From contig CAWGVG010000049.1 in NCBI GenBank assembly GCA_963825865.1, positions 1 through 32,000 of the forward strand: DNA of 32,000 nt, given 5' to 3'. The stretch is from an uncultured Nitrososphaeraceae archaeon (GTDB lineage Archaea > Thermoproteota > Nitrososphaeria > Nitrososphaerales > Nitrososphaeraceae). Below are positions 20,028-29,624 of the stretch, piece by piece. The position numbers and the translations under genes are program-made. Under the pieces are notes generated by a model. The model saw only the letters and a list, made by a program, of their open reading frames with translations. It ran no database searches and had not been told where the DNA came from. Positions within the stretch are counted from its first letter, which is position 1, and the number at the start of each line of letters is the position of its first letter.

Positions 20028-20478
20028 TGTAACTTATTTATGCTTTCGTCAGTATACAATTATTATTCCACACCCATCTAACCAAAAAAGTAAAGATTGT
20101 CATTTACTACTATAAATAACGATTATTAGCTGGCTTCCTTCGCTGACGAAAAACGACCAACATTCTATATTTATCTTAAAACCTTCAATGGGTTCTTTTA
20201 TTGCAGAAGATCTTGCTTGAATGAATCCTATTGCCAGTAACGATAATCCTATACATAATGATCTAATAGTGTGTCTAAAATATGCCGGAGTAGTGTTTAC
20301 ATGATGTTACTAAAAGGCTGTGAGCAGCCTCGATAACTTCTGTACGCGAGCAGTCGACATTGAGTGCTCCATGAATGTGTACCTTCAATTGGGGAACCTG
20401 AATCCCACCCTCTATATGAGAGTGTCACAACCTGCGCCATAACTAATAGAAACCCTTTAATCTTTACATTTCTTTTTT

Positions 20479-20885
20479 TCAAACTATCTGGATGATTGAT
20501 ACTTGATGCGCTATAGCATGTGATGTATTGATAAAAACATACCTGATATTAATACTACCACTGACTTTAATGGCTGCGGCTGGTAGTATTGTACTGGATA
20601 ATGATAATACCGCATTTGCAAAAAACAAACCAGTAAATAATGGCCCGGCTGCATTAGGTTTTAGACCAGAAGTCAGAAATCTTAATTTTAAGCCCAAGCC
20701 TCTTTGTTGCTCTTATTACAGCACAACAAGCCTTGATGGCTGGACTTGAACCTTCTATATTTTGACTAACCGAATCTATTGCTGTATCTCTTACGAAATC
20801 ACTTAGACCGAGTTGTTTTGAAAGCCTTTCAACATACTCTGCTGCATCTAAAGCAGGAACATAGTCTATTTCTGACATAGTTTGC
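20479..20885 (-). pseudogene. TFIIB (TFB) cyclin-fold remnant, frameshifted, no zinc ribbon
   Basis: [61 protein letters not shown] fits the TFB repeat (dyv.Rf...L.l...v...A......sG.sP..iAaA.iy.A). A shifted frame further on holds AAAIKVSGSINIRY (compare VTEVTIRNRY). Confidence 0.5.
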
Positions 20886-21032
20886 ATAACGCTTTTTGTC
20901 GCGATTCCAAAATCCATACACGAGGATCGGATCCGAGAGAACAGTCAGGTATTCGACTTCGATCTTGCGCCTGATGATATGAAACTCCTAGACTCGCTGA
21001 ACGAGAATTTGCAAACAGTATTCTTTGATTAG
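20886..21032 (+). pseudogene. Aldo-keto reductase C-terminal fragment
   Basis: ...[44 protein letters not shown] matches the AKR tail (IPKS...Ri.EN..vFDF.L...dm..l..Ln). It is GC-richer than the flanks and no upstream barrel is present. Confidence 0.6.
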
Positions 21033-21449
21033 TGATGATCTGATTGATCGTGTGCTCTGGATGAAAAGTTCAGCGTTCCATGCATCTCCAATAGCGGTAA
21101 TCGATCTTATAACACAATGCATACGTGATGACAGAAGGAAATGACAAAAGCTTCTTTTGTAATTGGGAACATCAATTGAGCAGTCTTCTTACGTTGTTGT
21201 TTCTAATGTACATTAGCTAAAAACCATTCTAGGAAATTGGAAATAACTAGCACACAGATTGAATCTAATATAGAGGCATATTTTTCTAAGGCGGATGTCG
21301 TGAAAAGCTGGCGTTATTATCCCAGTCATTCTTTTTATAATTATCATCGCTTGTATTTTGAAGAACAATATAAGAAGGCTACAAGTAACTAAGTTACGTG
21401 TCATAGATAATCAAGGGTTATAACAAAAATTCAACCCCGTTATTCTACA

Positions 21450-21944
21450 ATGACAACAAATTCAAAACTAAGCAAGAAAGTGCAGATACCGGCGGCAGTC
21501 ATAGCTGTTACTGCTGTTTTTTTGACAGGAATGTTGGCAGTATATCCGGCAGTAGCTGCTGTAGGTTAATCAATGAATACGATTACTACTATGGCTCCAG
21601 GATATGGAGGGCAAATTCCAAATATCACAGGTTCAGTAAACGTTGGACAGACAGCTAAAAGTTTTATCAAGGATAATCTCAAAATACCTTTTTCACAAGC
21701 TGCCGACATTGCAGGAAAACAAAACACCAATGGTACTGTGGTAGGCGGTCATCTGGGAATAGTGCAAGGATATCTGGTATACAAATTCTTTGCAGTGAAT
21801 CCTACAAATCATACAGGGTATCTAACTATTGTTGATGCTGGAAATGGCAAGGTATTGTATACATCGCAAGGTCAACAAATGGGAGGTTCCTTTTGTACAC
21901 ACGGAGCAATTGGTGGAGCATTTGGAGCACGTCCACTACACTGA
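21450..21944 (+). pseudogene. PepSY-domain protein with an in-frame TAA between the signal anchor and the domain
   Basis: MTTNSKLSKKVQIPAAVIAVTAVFLTGMLAVYPAVAAVG*SMNT... has its TAA at 21567-21569 in the same frame. PepSY-like sequence follows: FSQAADIAGKQNTNGTVVGGHLGIVQGYLVYKFFAV...LTIVDAGNGKVL. Confidence 0.6.
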
Positions 21945-22186
21945 TTGAGAAAAGGAAGAGAGTCTGTCCCGGAAGATTGACCGGACCGCGTCATTCTCGG
22001 ACCTGATAGATCATGAGATCGCGCCTGGAAATATGATGTACAGGCGGTGAGGCGCTACGGGCGAACATCGTCGCCAATGTCGCCACCAACCCTTTCTTTT
22101 ATTCCGAATGTATAAACTCAACACCATATCGTTGAGTGATAACTGATTATTTTTTGCAACTAGGTAGCTGTTTGCTATATCATACA

Positions 22187-22966
22187 CTAGCATAGCTTTA
22201 TGTCCTCTGCATGCAGTATCTGTACATGATTATCCATCCATTGAGTTACCGCAATCCCAAATGCTGAACTCCCCCATGCAGGATCTATACCCATTGATTT
22301 AGAACTAAAGTATGAAGAACCAATAGCGTCAGGATCGTATTTCCTTCCTTTCTCTATTGCTGCTTCTATGTCTTTTGTGTGGAATACATTACCTATTTTA
22401 CCATGATATTTTAGGTTGTATTCCCGTTCAAATGAGGGTGATTGTTTAGCTCTTTTTTATCTTGGCGGTATATTTTGCCAATTCCATAAGTATAATCCAA
22501 GAATATGCGTTTGTACAAACAAGTGTCTTCAGACTCTTTTTCTATTCTTTCAAACAAACCATCAGGTGCATTAGGAGTTGAAACCATCACAATATATGGA
22601 TTTGATTTTGCAATGTACCTCTCGCTTACATCCCTAGCATCTTGCTGCTGTCCTGGAGGAAAGAAATCAGCTTCGTCTAACAGTATGAAGGATACGTTAG
22701 GTAGACCACGCATTGCATCTAAATGATGCGAGGGAAATGCTTAAAGAATCATTTTCATAGTCATATAGAGGCTTATCAATTCCATCTTTCTGAGGCAGTC
22801 CAATAATGTGATTAAGGCAGCAACATCCTTTTGTTCTTATGTCTTCTTGCTTCTGTTCTTCAATATTCCATATCCAAAATGGTTTACCCTTCAGTATTTC
22901 GCTTAACCGAGATTGCTGCTGTGTTGTTGCTAAGCAAACTATTTTCTTTAGATCTTTGAAAGTCAC
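22187..22966 (-). pseudogene. Terminase large-subunit-like ATPase/nuclease, frameshifted, internally deleted and 3'-truncated
   Basis: MTFKDLKK...CCCLNHIIGLPQKDGIDKPLYDYE is followed by HLDAMRGLPNVSFILLDEADFFPPGQQQD...IVMVSTPNAPDGLFERI (Walker-B-like), then YNLKYHGKIGNVF...MGIDPAWGSSAFGIAVTQWMDNHVQILHAEDI in three frames. The Walker-A region is missing. Confidence 0.6.
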
Positions 22967-23275
22967 TCTTCGACTAGTTATACATTTACATTGGCCGCAT
23001 TAGAAACTTTCGATTTGCAATATAATTAAACGTATGTTACTTAAGACTAGAATCTTGATTGATTTAAGATGTAAGAAGGTTAGAAGAATGATAATCAATT
23101 ATGATCCACAGGTTTGATAAGTACTGTCATTATTCTTCAGCTAACCTAGATAAAAATTTGATATAACAGACCAGATTAGTCGATTTGTGCTATCGATGTT
23201 ATCTGTAATACATAGATTATCCTAACAGTATAATGGTGCATCAGGATCAAGAAATGTCTTATATAGTACACAGAT

Positions 23276-25315
23276 ATGAATACTACATTGTCAGAAGGGA
23301 ATTTAGTAGAAAAATCACCAGTTTCGGATAACAGTGGAGATACTACTTATAATGAATGGCATACTGGATATATTCAAGGCAATACTTTTCACCAGAAGGA
23401 AGTCAAGTACAAAATAATTGATGATATGGCGATTTTTCAAGGGGATATTATTCTTGCCAAAACTCCAGAACACCTAGAAAAGCTTAGTCAAAAGCCTAAG
23501 GTGCAAAGCGAACAGGAACCACCTGCAGCAAGACATGTATCTGTAAAGGCCATTGTAAGACATGGGGATGAGCTTCGTTGGCCACGTGGAGAGATACCTT
23601 ACGTAATTCAAAATACACTTCCAAATCAAGAGCGCGTTAATGATGCAATCAAACATTGGGAGGAGAGAACACCAATGCGCTTTATTCAGCGCAATGATAA
23701 CAACGCTCGAATTACCCAAACTACGTCTCAATTATACAATATGTTCGCAAGCCAAACGAAAGATCAGACCTTTTTCATTGCTCATCAGCCATTGGGATGC
23801 AAAACTGGGGAGAACAGAATATAATTATATCTGATCAATGTGTTACTGGCGATGCAATACATGAGATTGGACATACAGTAGGACTTTGGCATGAGCAAAG
23901 CAGAAGTGACAGAGATGATAACATAAGAATTCTAACTATTAATATTGAGCCCAAAGACATACAGAATTTTGACAAACATTTTACAGATGGTGATGATGTA
24001 GGGGAATATGACTACTGCTCAATAATGCATTATGGTACGAATTTCTTCTCTAAAAATGGACTTCCAACAATAGAACCAATAAAACCGTTAAATGGTTGTG
24101 TATTAGGACAAAAGAACGGACTAAGTAATGGAGATATAGGCAGCAGTTATTGAAATGTATGGAAATACATCTCCTACCATATTGAAAAATGCTGATGGTA
24201 GGCTGGAAGTAACTCATAGTACGTTCGGATGGCTATTTGTACCGTAAACTACAGATGGCAGCAAATAGTAGTAGTGGATGGGATAAGGAATGGAATTCAT
24301 TGGAACTGCGAGCAACGTTTTTCTTCTGGCCAGAAACCTACAATAGTAAAGAATTCTGACGATACTCTAGACGTCTTCTGGGTTGATGTTGGAAACCTAA
24401 ATCATGCTTACCAGAGTGCACCAAATGGTTCATGGAGTAATGAGAATCTTCATGAAAGTTATGGACAAGGATACCTTGGTGCTCCTGTAATACATGATGT
24501 TGGTAGTAGATTAGATGCCTTTTGGCTAAACCACGACGAATGGAGAACACTCCATCATGCACGGCGAGACACATTGTCAAACCGTAGATTTAGTTCTACG
24601 CAGGTTTTAGGAGGACCAACGTGGTCTCCTAACAGAAAACCTGCTGTAGCACAAAATGCTGATGGTAGGCTGGAGATATTTATAACAGGTCTGGATAGAC
24701 AGCTATACCACAAATGGGAGGAAACTACACCAAATAATAGTAACCAATGGTCTAACTGGACTTCACGGGGAGGACCCTTACTAGCTGATCCTGTGGTAGC
24801 TCGTAACACGGATGGTAGGCTGGAGGTATTCGCAGTATTTGGTAATAATAGGGCACTATGTCATAGATGGCAGACTACAAGAGTCAAAGATAACACTGGC
24901 AAAGACACTGACGAGTGGAATTGGTCTAATGGATGGGATAGCTTGGGAGGATATTGGTCTGCTCGTAAAACACCCGCAGTAGCATTGAACGCAGATGATA
25001 GATTGGAGGTATTTATGATGGGTAAAGAAGACCAACTGTATCATACATGGCAGACTACAAGAGATACCAGGTACTGATAGATATGATTGGTATTCCGAGT
25101 GGGAAATGATTAAAAAAACGAAAAAAACTCCAGATGGAAAAACTGAAATTGAAAAGTGGCCGCTAAGCGGCAATCCTGCTGTGGGGCGTAATCCTAACGG
25201 TACATTAGATGTATTTATGATAGATAAATATGGAAATGTCAACCATAGATGGCAGACTACAAAAAATAACGGTCCTGGCAAGTGGAATTGGTCTGATGAT
25301 TGGCAAATAATATAA
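23276..25315 (+). pseudogene. Astacin (M12A) zinc metalloprotease fused to a 7-blade beta-propeller lectin-like domain, with at least 5 frameshifts
   Basis: The catalytic motif IHEIGHTVGLWHEQSRSDRD and the Met-turn SIMHY are intact. Seven repeats of the type NADGRLEVF...LYHxWQ...WSxWxSLGG follow. Frame changes lie near 23702, 24139, 24212, 24322 and 25070. No signal peptide is seen. Confidence 0.85.
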
Positions 25316-25690
25316 TTTCATTGTGCTTGCATAAAATTCAGAAAACTTGATTTATTGTCGTCTCACCAGTTTGCTCTTCCTGCTCTTCCTCTAACTGATC
25401 TTTGTCTTCATCGTAATCAGGTTCGTTTGCTTCTTTCTCATCCTCATTGCTATTACCTAGTGACTTATAGTGTCAGCTTATTTGGTTTTTTAAGATAGCA
25501 ACATACATTTTTGTCCTACGTAGAATATCATCAACGCTGTCTTTTGTCAATACACGTCGTCTGCTACGTCCAAAAAAGCAGCATCAAGTCACCACCCAAA
25601 GTCCATAGAAGATGTTGTAAGTTTAGTAGTAGATGGTGAGATGATGCAGAATACGTAATCATATTGTGCATGACTATCTAAGAGATACCA

Positions 25691-26114
25691 TTGTATCAAC
25701 TTACAGAGAGTGCACCTATTGTAAAAGTAGAACACAATTTGCATGCATCAAGTGTGGATATTGCTACAGCTGACCACTGGAAGAAAGAGGAATTGGACAA
25801 AGTTCGATCAGAGTCCTTAGCAACTACTGCTAACTCTGCATTTTTAGAGAAACATTCGCAGGCTGCGATAATAATAGCAGAACAATCATCATCACAGCAG
25901 TCAGCGACAACAACAACAGCAAACAAAAGTTATTGATGTATGTGGTCAACAAATAGAACCAATCTGCAACTATCGTACATGCCATCACATATTTTCAGTT
26001 CATGGTCACAATACTCACATATGCAAATGCCGCCATCCCATCAATTATACTATAGGAGTATCCTCAATATCGCCATTAACTAAAGAAGAGAGAGGTTCTA
26101 GGATATATGATTAG
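25691..26114 (+). pseudogene. Hypothetical protein with a C-terminal Cys/His zinc-finger-like module, with an apparent frameshift in a low-complexity tract
   Basis: The track ORF ends ...SSQQSATTTTANKSY*. The next frame continues without any start codon as QQQQQTKVIDVCGQQIEPICNYRTCHHIFSVHGHNTHICKCRHPINY...RIYD*. Confidence 0.3.
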
Positions 26115-26189
26115 AAAGATAGTACATTATTATGATCAAAAACATTTGTATTACAAAGATAAAGGTCGGAATTTCATATATTATTATGT

Positions 26190-26393
26190 ATGTCTCTCAT
26201 GAAAACTCTAATTTATTTTTTTAATATATTAAAGATACAAGAAGATAACGAAATTTATAGAAATGCGTTGGCACTTGTACAAAAAATTCCAATAAAATCT
26301 GTAAATGTAGATCGTGATAGCAACGACAATGATAGTAATGAATGGATTAGTGCTATGAAGACTATAGCATATGCATATTCTTCACTAAAATAA
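26190..26393 (+). CDS. Hypothetical 67-aa protein
   Basis: ATG-initiated ORF with no recognisable family. Confidence 0.25.
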   Translation: MSLMKTLIYFFNILKIQEDNEIYRNALALVQKIPIKSVNVDRDSNDNDSNEWISAMKTIAYAYSSLK

Positions 26394-26424
26394 TACTACT
26401 TCCTATATCTTTTCCCAATCACAA

Positions 26425-27196
26425 ATGTCTGACTTTCTGACCTTATCTGCAAAGGGTATAGAAGAGAAAAGAATGAGTTCAGAAATAATAGACAATTTAA
26501 TCTTCAAGATTTATAGAGATATTATGGAAAATTATCAGGAATTTAGTCAAAATTTAAAGTCAAACTACCCTGGAATTATTGTTGACGTTATCTCTATTAT
26601 TAACCAAGGTATGGATACTAAAGGAACCAAAGTAAGTTCAATTAGTATTGGGAGATACTACCAATCAAGAAAGCAGCAAGCAACAATGAGTAAAGAAGAA
26701 CGGGAAGAGGAAGGGAAAACTCCAGCAACAGTAACAGCAACAACAGCAGCCGCTATCCATAAAATGAAAGCCCATTACTATCATTGTACTCAAAGAATGA
26801 CCTTGTTGAAAGTCTTTCCCAAATAACAAATAGAGGAAGAAAAGAGATACAAGAATCACTTGCAAGATTGCAAGATTCAGACCTAAAACGGATAAGTGAA
26901 CTATGCCACAACTATAGTAGATTACAACACTATAGCAAAATAATAACAAAAGAAGGCTCACAAGAACAATTTAAAAAAGAAATACAAAGAGACTAGGAAG
27001 AAAGCTGAGATTTCATCAACTTGGACGAGCTGCTAACTCTATAAGAAGAGCTCGAACCTATATTGAGAATATACTTGATAATAAATTCATACCTGATGCA
27101 TCGCATGGTATTAATCATGTTAAACATAACCTTGAGTATGGTTATCAGTTGATGAATCTAATTGAGCGTACAAGAAGAAGACAAAGGATTCAATAA
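26425..27196 (+). pseudogene. Composite ORF ending in a truncated HD-domain N-terminus, with two apparent frameshifts
   Basis: Three consecutive overlapping frames read MSDFLTLSAKG...AAAIHKMK, then PLLSLYSKNDLVESLSQITNRGRKEIQESLARLQDSDLKRISEL..., then KLRFHQLGRAANSIRRARTYIENILDNKFIPDASHGINHVKHNLEYGYQLMNL...*. The last piece looks like the start of an HD phosphohydrolase but stops before the second His/Asp cluster. Confidence 0.35.
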
Positions 27197-27411
27197 CAGC
27201 TACAGTAGCCAAAGGTATTATTTATTTTAGTTTTCATCTATTGTAGTCTGTAACTGTAGAATCAAAAGAAATAAGACTATTCTAGCCGGTACAACCATTG
27301 TTGATAGAAAAGCCAGTTCTCTTGTTGTGAAGGACACCTGTAGCAGGAGTACAGACCCAGTCGCTACTACTACCGCCGCATTCGGGTCCGAAGGATTTCC
27401 ATTGATTGTAT

Positions 27412-27510
27412 TTTTTAGCGTGCCTCTCTATAGTGTAATTTGTTTACAACGTGTGACCGGTCACACGGTCACACGCTCAAAGTGTTATATCCTAGGACAT
27501 AGAGAGAGTT
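27412..27510. repeat. Structured ~100-nt element, copy 1
   Basis: The outer stem is ctctcta(27424-27430)/tagagag(27500-27506). The inner part is the perfect 16-nt palindrome GTGTGACCGGTCACAC (27451-27466) followed by a second GGTCACAC. The first 33 nt match copy 2 in 31 of 33 positions. Confidence 0.8.
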
Positions 27511-27810
27511 TTAATTAGATACGTTTCTGTGAACCATTGCTGTTAATCCGCTTGATCTAAGTATATACTTGAAGATTACAACTAATGTCATAGCTCTTAA
27601 ATTGCCTTCTATTCTATGTCCAAGCAAAAACAATCCAATTGCCATAGACCACAAAATAACACCATTTACAGGATTTGTATGCAAGCCAAACAAATCGCCT
27701 AAAATTAAGGCTATTCCTGTAACATAAAAAGGGGATCCTATGCAATGTAAAATTCTATTAATTGGATGTCTGTGACTACTCTTTATTGCTTTAATAAGGC
27801 TGAAAGGCAT
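27511..27810 (-). CDS. DUF962 / Mpo1-like small membrane protein
   Basis: 99 aa. HRHPINRILHCIGSPFYVTG...LFLLGHRIEGN fits the DUF962 His motifs, and there are 2-3 TM helices. Confidence 0.6.
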   Translation of the reverse strand: MPFSLIKAIKSSHRHPINRILHCIGSPFYVTGIALILGDLFGLHTNPVNGVILWSMAIGLFLLGHRIEGNLRAMTLVVIFKYILRSSGLTAMVHRNVSN

Positions 27811-28075
27811 TTGTGAATATCTTATAGATTTATTATCCTATATGCCTATAAATTAAGCAACATCCTATAGCCATAATTCTTACATCCTTGTCTCCTTTCT
27901 GTAATGGTTATAGCAGTGCCTCCAGTAACCTATAAAATAACTCTTCTAACCTATGACAACGAAGTATTGTTGTTGTAGGTTCGGAGACTGCGGAGTTACT
28001 TCCTGTATGTAAGGGTCTTTCTTAAACAATACCTATAATCACAAATATATCATATTTCCCAATTGCATATATTAT

Positions 28076-28549
28076 ATGAGAATTTTGAATGCTAGCCCGG
28101 GATTTGGAGCGCCATTAACAGAGAGTGAGGTTATCAACTTTTTGACAAACAGCAAATTAAATATTCATATTGGTACACTTGATAAGAAAGGAGAGCCAAA
28201 TATACATCCAACATGGTATTACTTTGATAGTAACGATAATAGATTTTACATTGAAACATCTAAGCAGTCAAGAAAAACAGAAAACATGGACACAAATAAT
28301 ATCATTTACTATTGTGTTGATGATCCTAGCCCTCCATACAAAGGAGTTAGAGGTAAGGGAAAAGTCAAAATTCATGAAGACATCAGTCATAATATCCCTA
28401 TAGCTGAAAAGATAATGATCAGATATCTCGGAAGTCTTGAGCACCCAATGGCAAAAGTTCTTATGAGTAGTGTTAAGAATGGAGATTCAATTATTTTAGA
28501 AATATCTCCTAGTTATTATTCAACTTGGGATTATAGCAAAAGGAAATAG
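28076..28549 (+). CDS. Pyridoxamine 5'-phosphate oxidase (PNPOx/FMN-binding split barrel) family protein
   Basis: 157 aa. ...IGTLDKKGEPNIHPTWYYFDSNDNRFYIETSKQSRKTENM...YKGVRGKGKVKI is typical of the PNPOx-like family. Confidence 0.7.
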   Translation: MRILNASPGFGAPLTESEVINFLTNSKLNIHIGTLDKKGEPNIHPTWYYFDSNDNRFYIETSKQSRKTENMDTNNIIYYCVDDPSPPYKGVRGKGKVKIHEDISHNIPIAEKIMIRYLGSLEHPMAKVLMSSVKNGDSIILEISPSYYSTWDYSKRK

Positions 28550-28653
28550 CAGGAAGATAATAAACATACTTGCTAGGTACGTAATATGCATACTATGGTC
28601 TACTCCTCGTATAGGGGGCTATTGCAACTTGATCGCATGATATTTTTATTATA

Positions 28654-28745
28654 TTTTTAGTGTGCCTCTCTGTAGTGTAATTTGTTACAGCATGTGACCG
28701 AGTCACAGTCACAAGCTGAAAGTATTTCCGACCCAGAGAGACGGC
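28654..28745. repeat. Structured ~100-nt element, copy 2
   Basis: The outer stem is ctctctg(28666-28672)/cagagag(28734-28740), an A-T to G-C covariation relative to copy 1. The inner hairpin is TGTGAC cga GTCACA (28693-28707) followed by a second GTCACA. It lies about 65 nt upstream of the macro-domain ATG. Confidence 0.8.
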
Positions 28746-28806
28746 TAAAATTTTAGTGAGAAAAATGAAAAAATGTATCTTTTAATGATGATGAATATGT
28801 GATTAT

Positions 28807-29372
28807 ATGACCGTAATAGTAGTAGATGAGGCAAAGCTAGGTAGCAACAAAATCCTTAGACTTGTTAAAGGATATATCACAGAAAGAGATGTCGATGTCA
28901 TAGTAAATGCTGCAAATTCTTATCTAAAACATCGTGGAGGAGTTGCAGCTGCCATAGTAAGAAAGGCTGGAGCAATAATTCAAGAAGAAAGCGACAGGAT
29001 AGTAGCAGGAGGCTTTGTCCCGGTTGGTTGAGCAGTGATTACTACAGCTGGAAAATTACCATGTAAGGCAGTAATACATACAATCGGTCCAAGTGTGGGT
29101 GAAGGTGATGAAGATAATAAGCTACTAGAGCAGTTCAAAGTACTCTGGCATTAGCTGCAGGAAAGGAGTTCAAAAGTATTTCAATGCCAGCAATAAGTTC
29201 TGGAATATTTGGTTTTCCTAAAGATAAATGTGCAAAGATACTTGTAGAAGAATCAAAAAGGTTTCTTGTAGAAAATAAATCTTCTCTTGAATCTATAGAA
29301 TTTTGTATATTTGATAATGAGATTCCATATTGCTTTGAAACTGAATTTGTTAATGTCAATGATATAAAATGA
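28807..29372 (+). pseudogene. Macro domain (ADP-ribose binding/hydrolase) protein with an in-frame TGA and a frameshift
   Basis: [36 protein letters not shown]...[24 protein letters not shown] has its TGA at 29029-29031. A shift near 29135 leads to [37 protein letters not shown].... Confidence 0.8.
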
Positions 29373-29624
29373 AATGAAATGTAGATAATGACCTTCTAAG
29401 GCTATCTGCTAACCAATTCTATATCTATTGGTAAGACAACACAAACATCATCAACAACAACAACATATACTCAATCATTTTGGACAAAAGGTGTGCCAAT
29501 GCCGCCTACACCAAGAACAGAAGTTATTACCTTATCGATATGGTCATACTATAGTTGGATAAAACAGTATGCTTAAATGCAGTTCACAAGGTAGTTTTAT
29601 GCATTTTTGTTCTAACAGAAAAAC

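Noticed and set aside
20270-20430. Possible cation-diffusion-facilitator C-terminal remnant (frame reading LKVHIHGALNVDCSRTEVIEAAHSLL) near ORF 20297..20482
   Set aside because: The resemblance rests on a short, loosely remembered pattern, and I could not find a second supporting motif.
20981-21045. C/D-box sRNA candidates (TGATGA ... CTGA), for example at 20983 and 21032, and also at 28786
   Set aside because: The box spacing is too short for guide regions, or the D box or terminal stem is absent. Two of the candidates lie inside a protein-coding fragment.
2308-29031. Stop-codon recoding (Sec, Pyl or a reassigned stop) as an explanation for in-frame stops inside conserved domains
   Set aside because: All three stop codons occur in-frame (TAG 2308, TGA 8585, 25473 and 29029, TAA 21567). 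They occur alongside many frameshifts and truncations, and intact genes terminate normally on the same codons. Ordinary nonsense mutations or pseudogenisation are far more likely.
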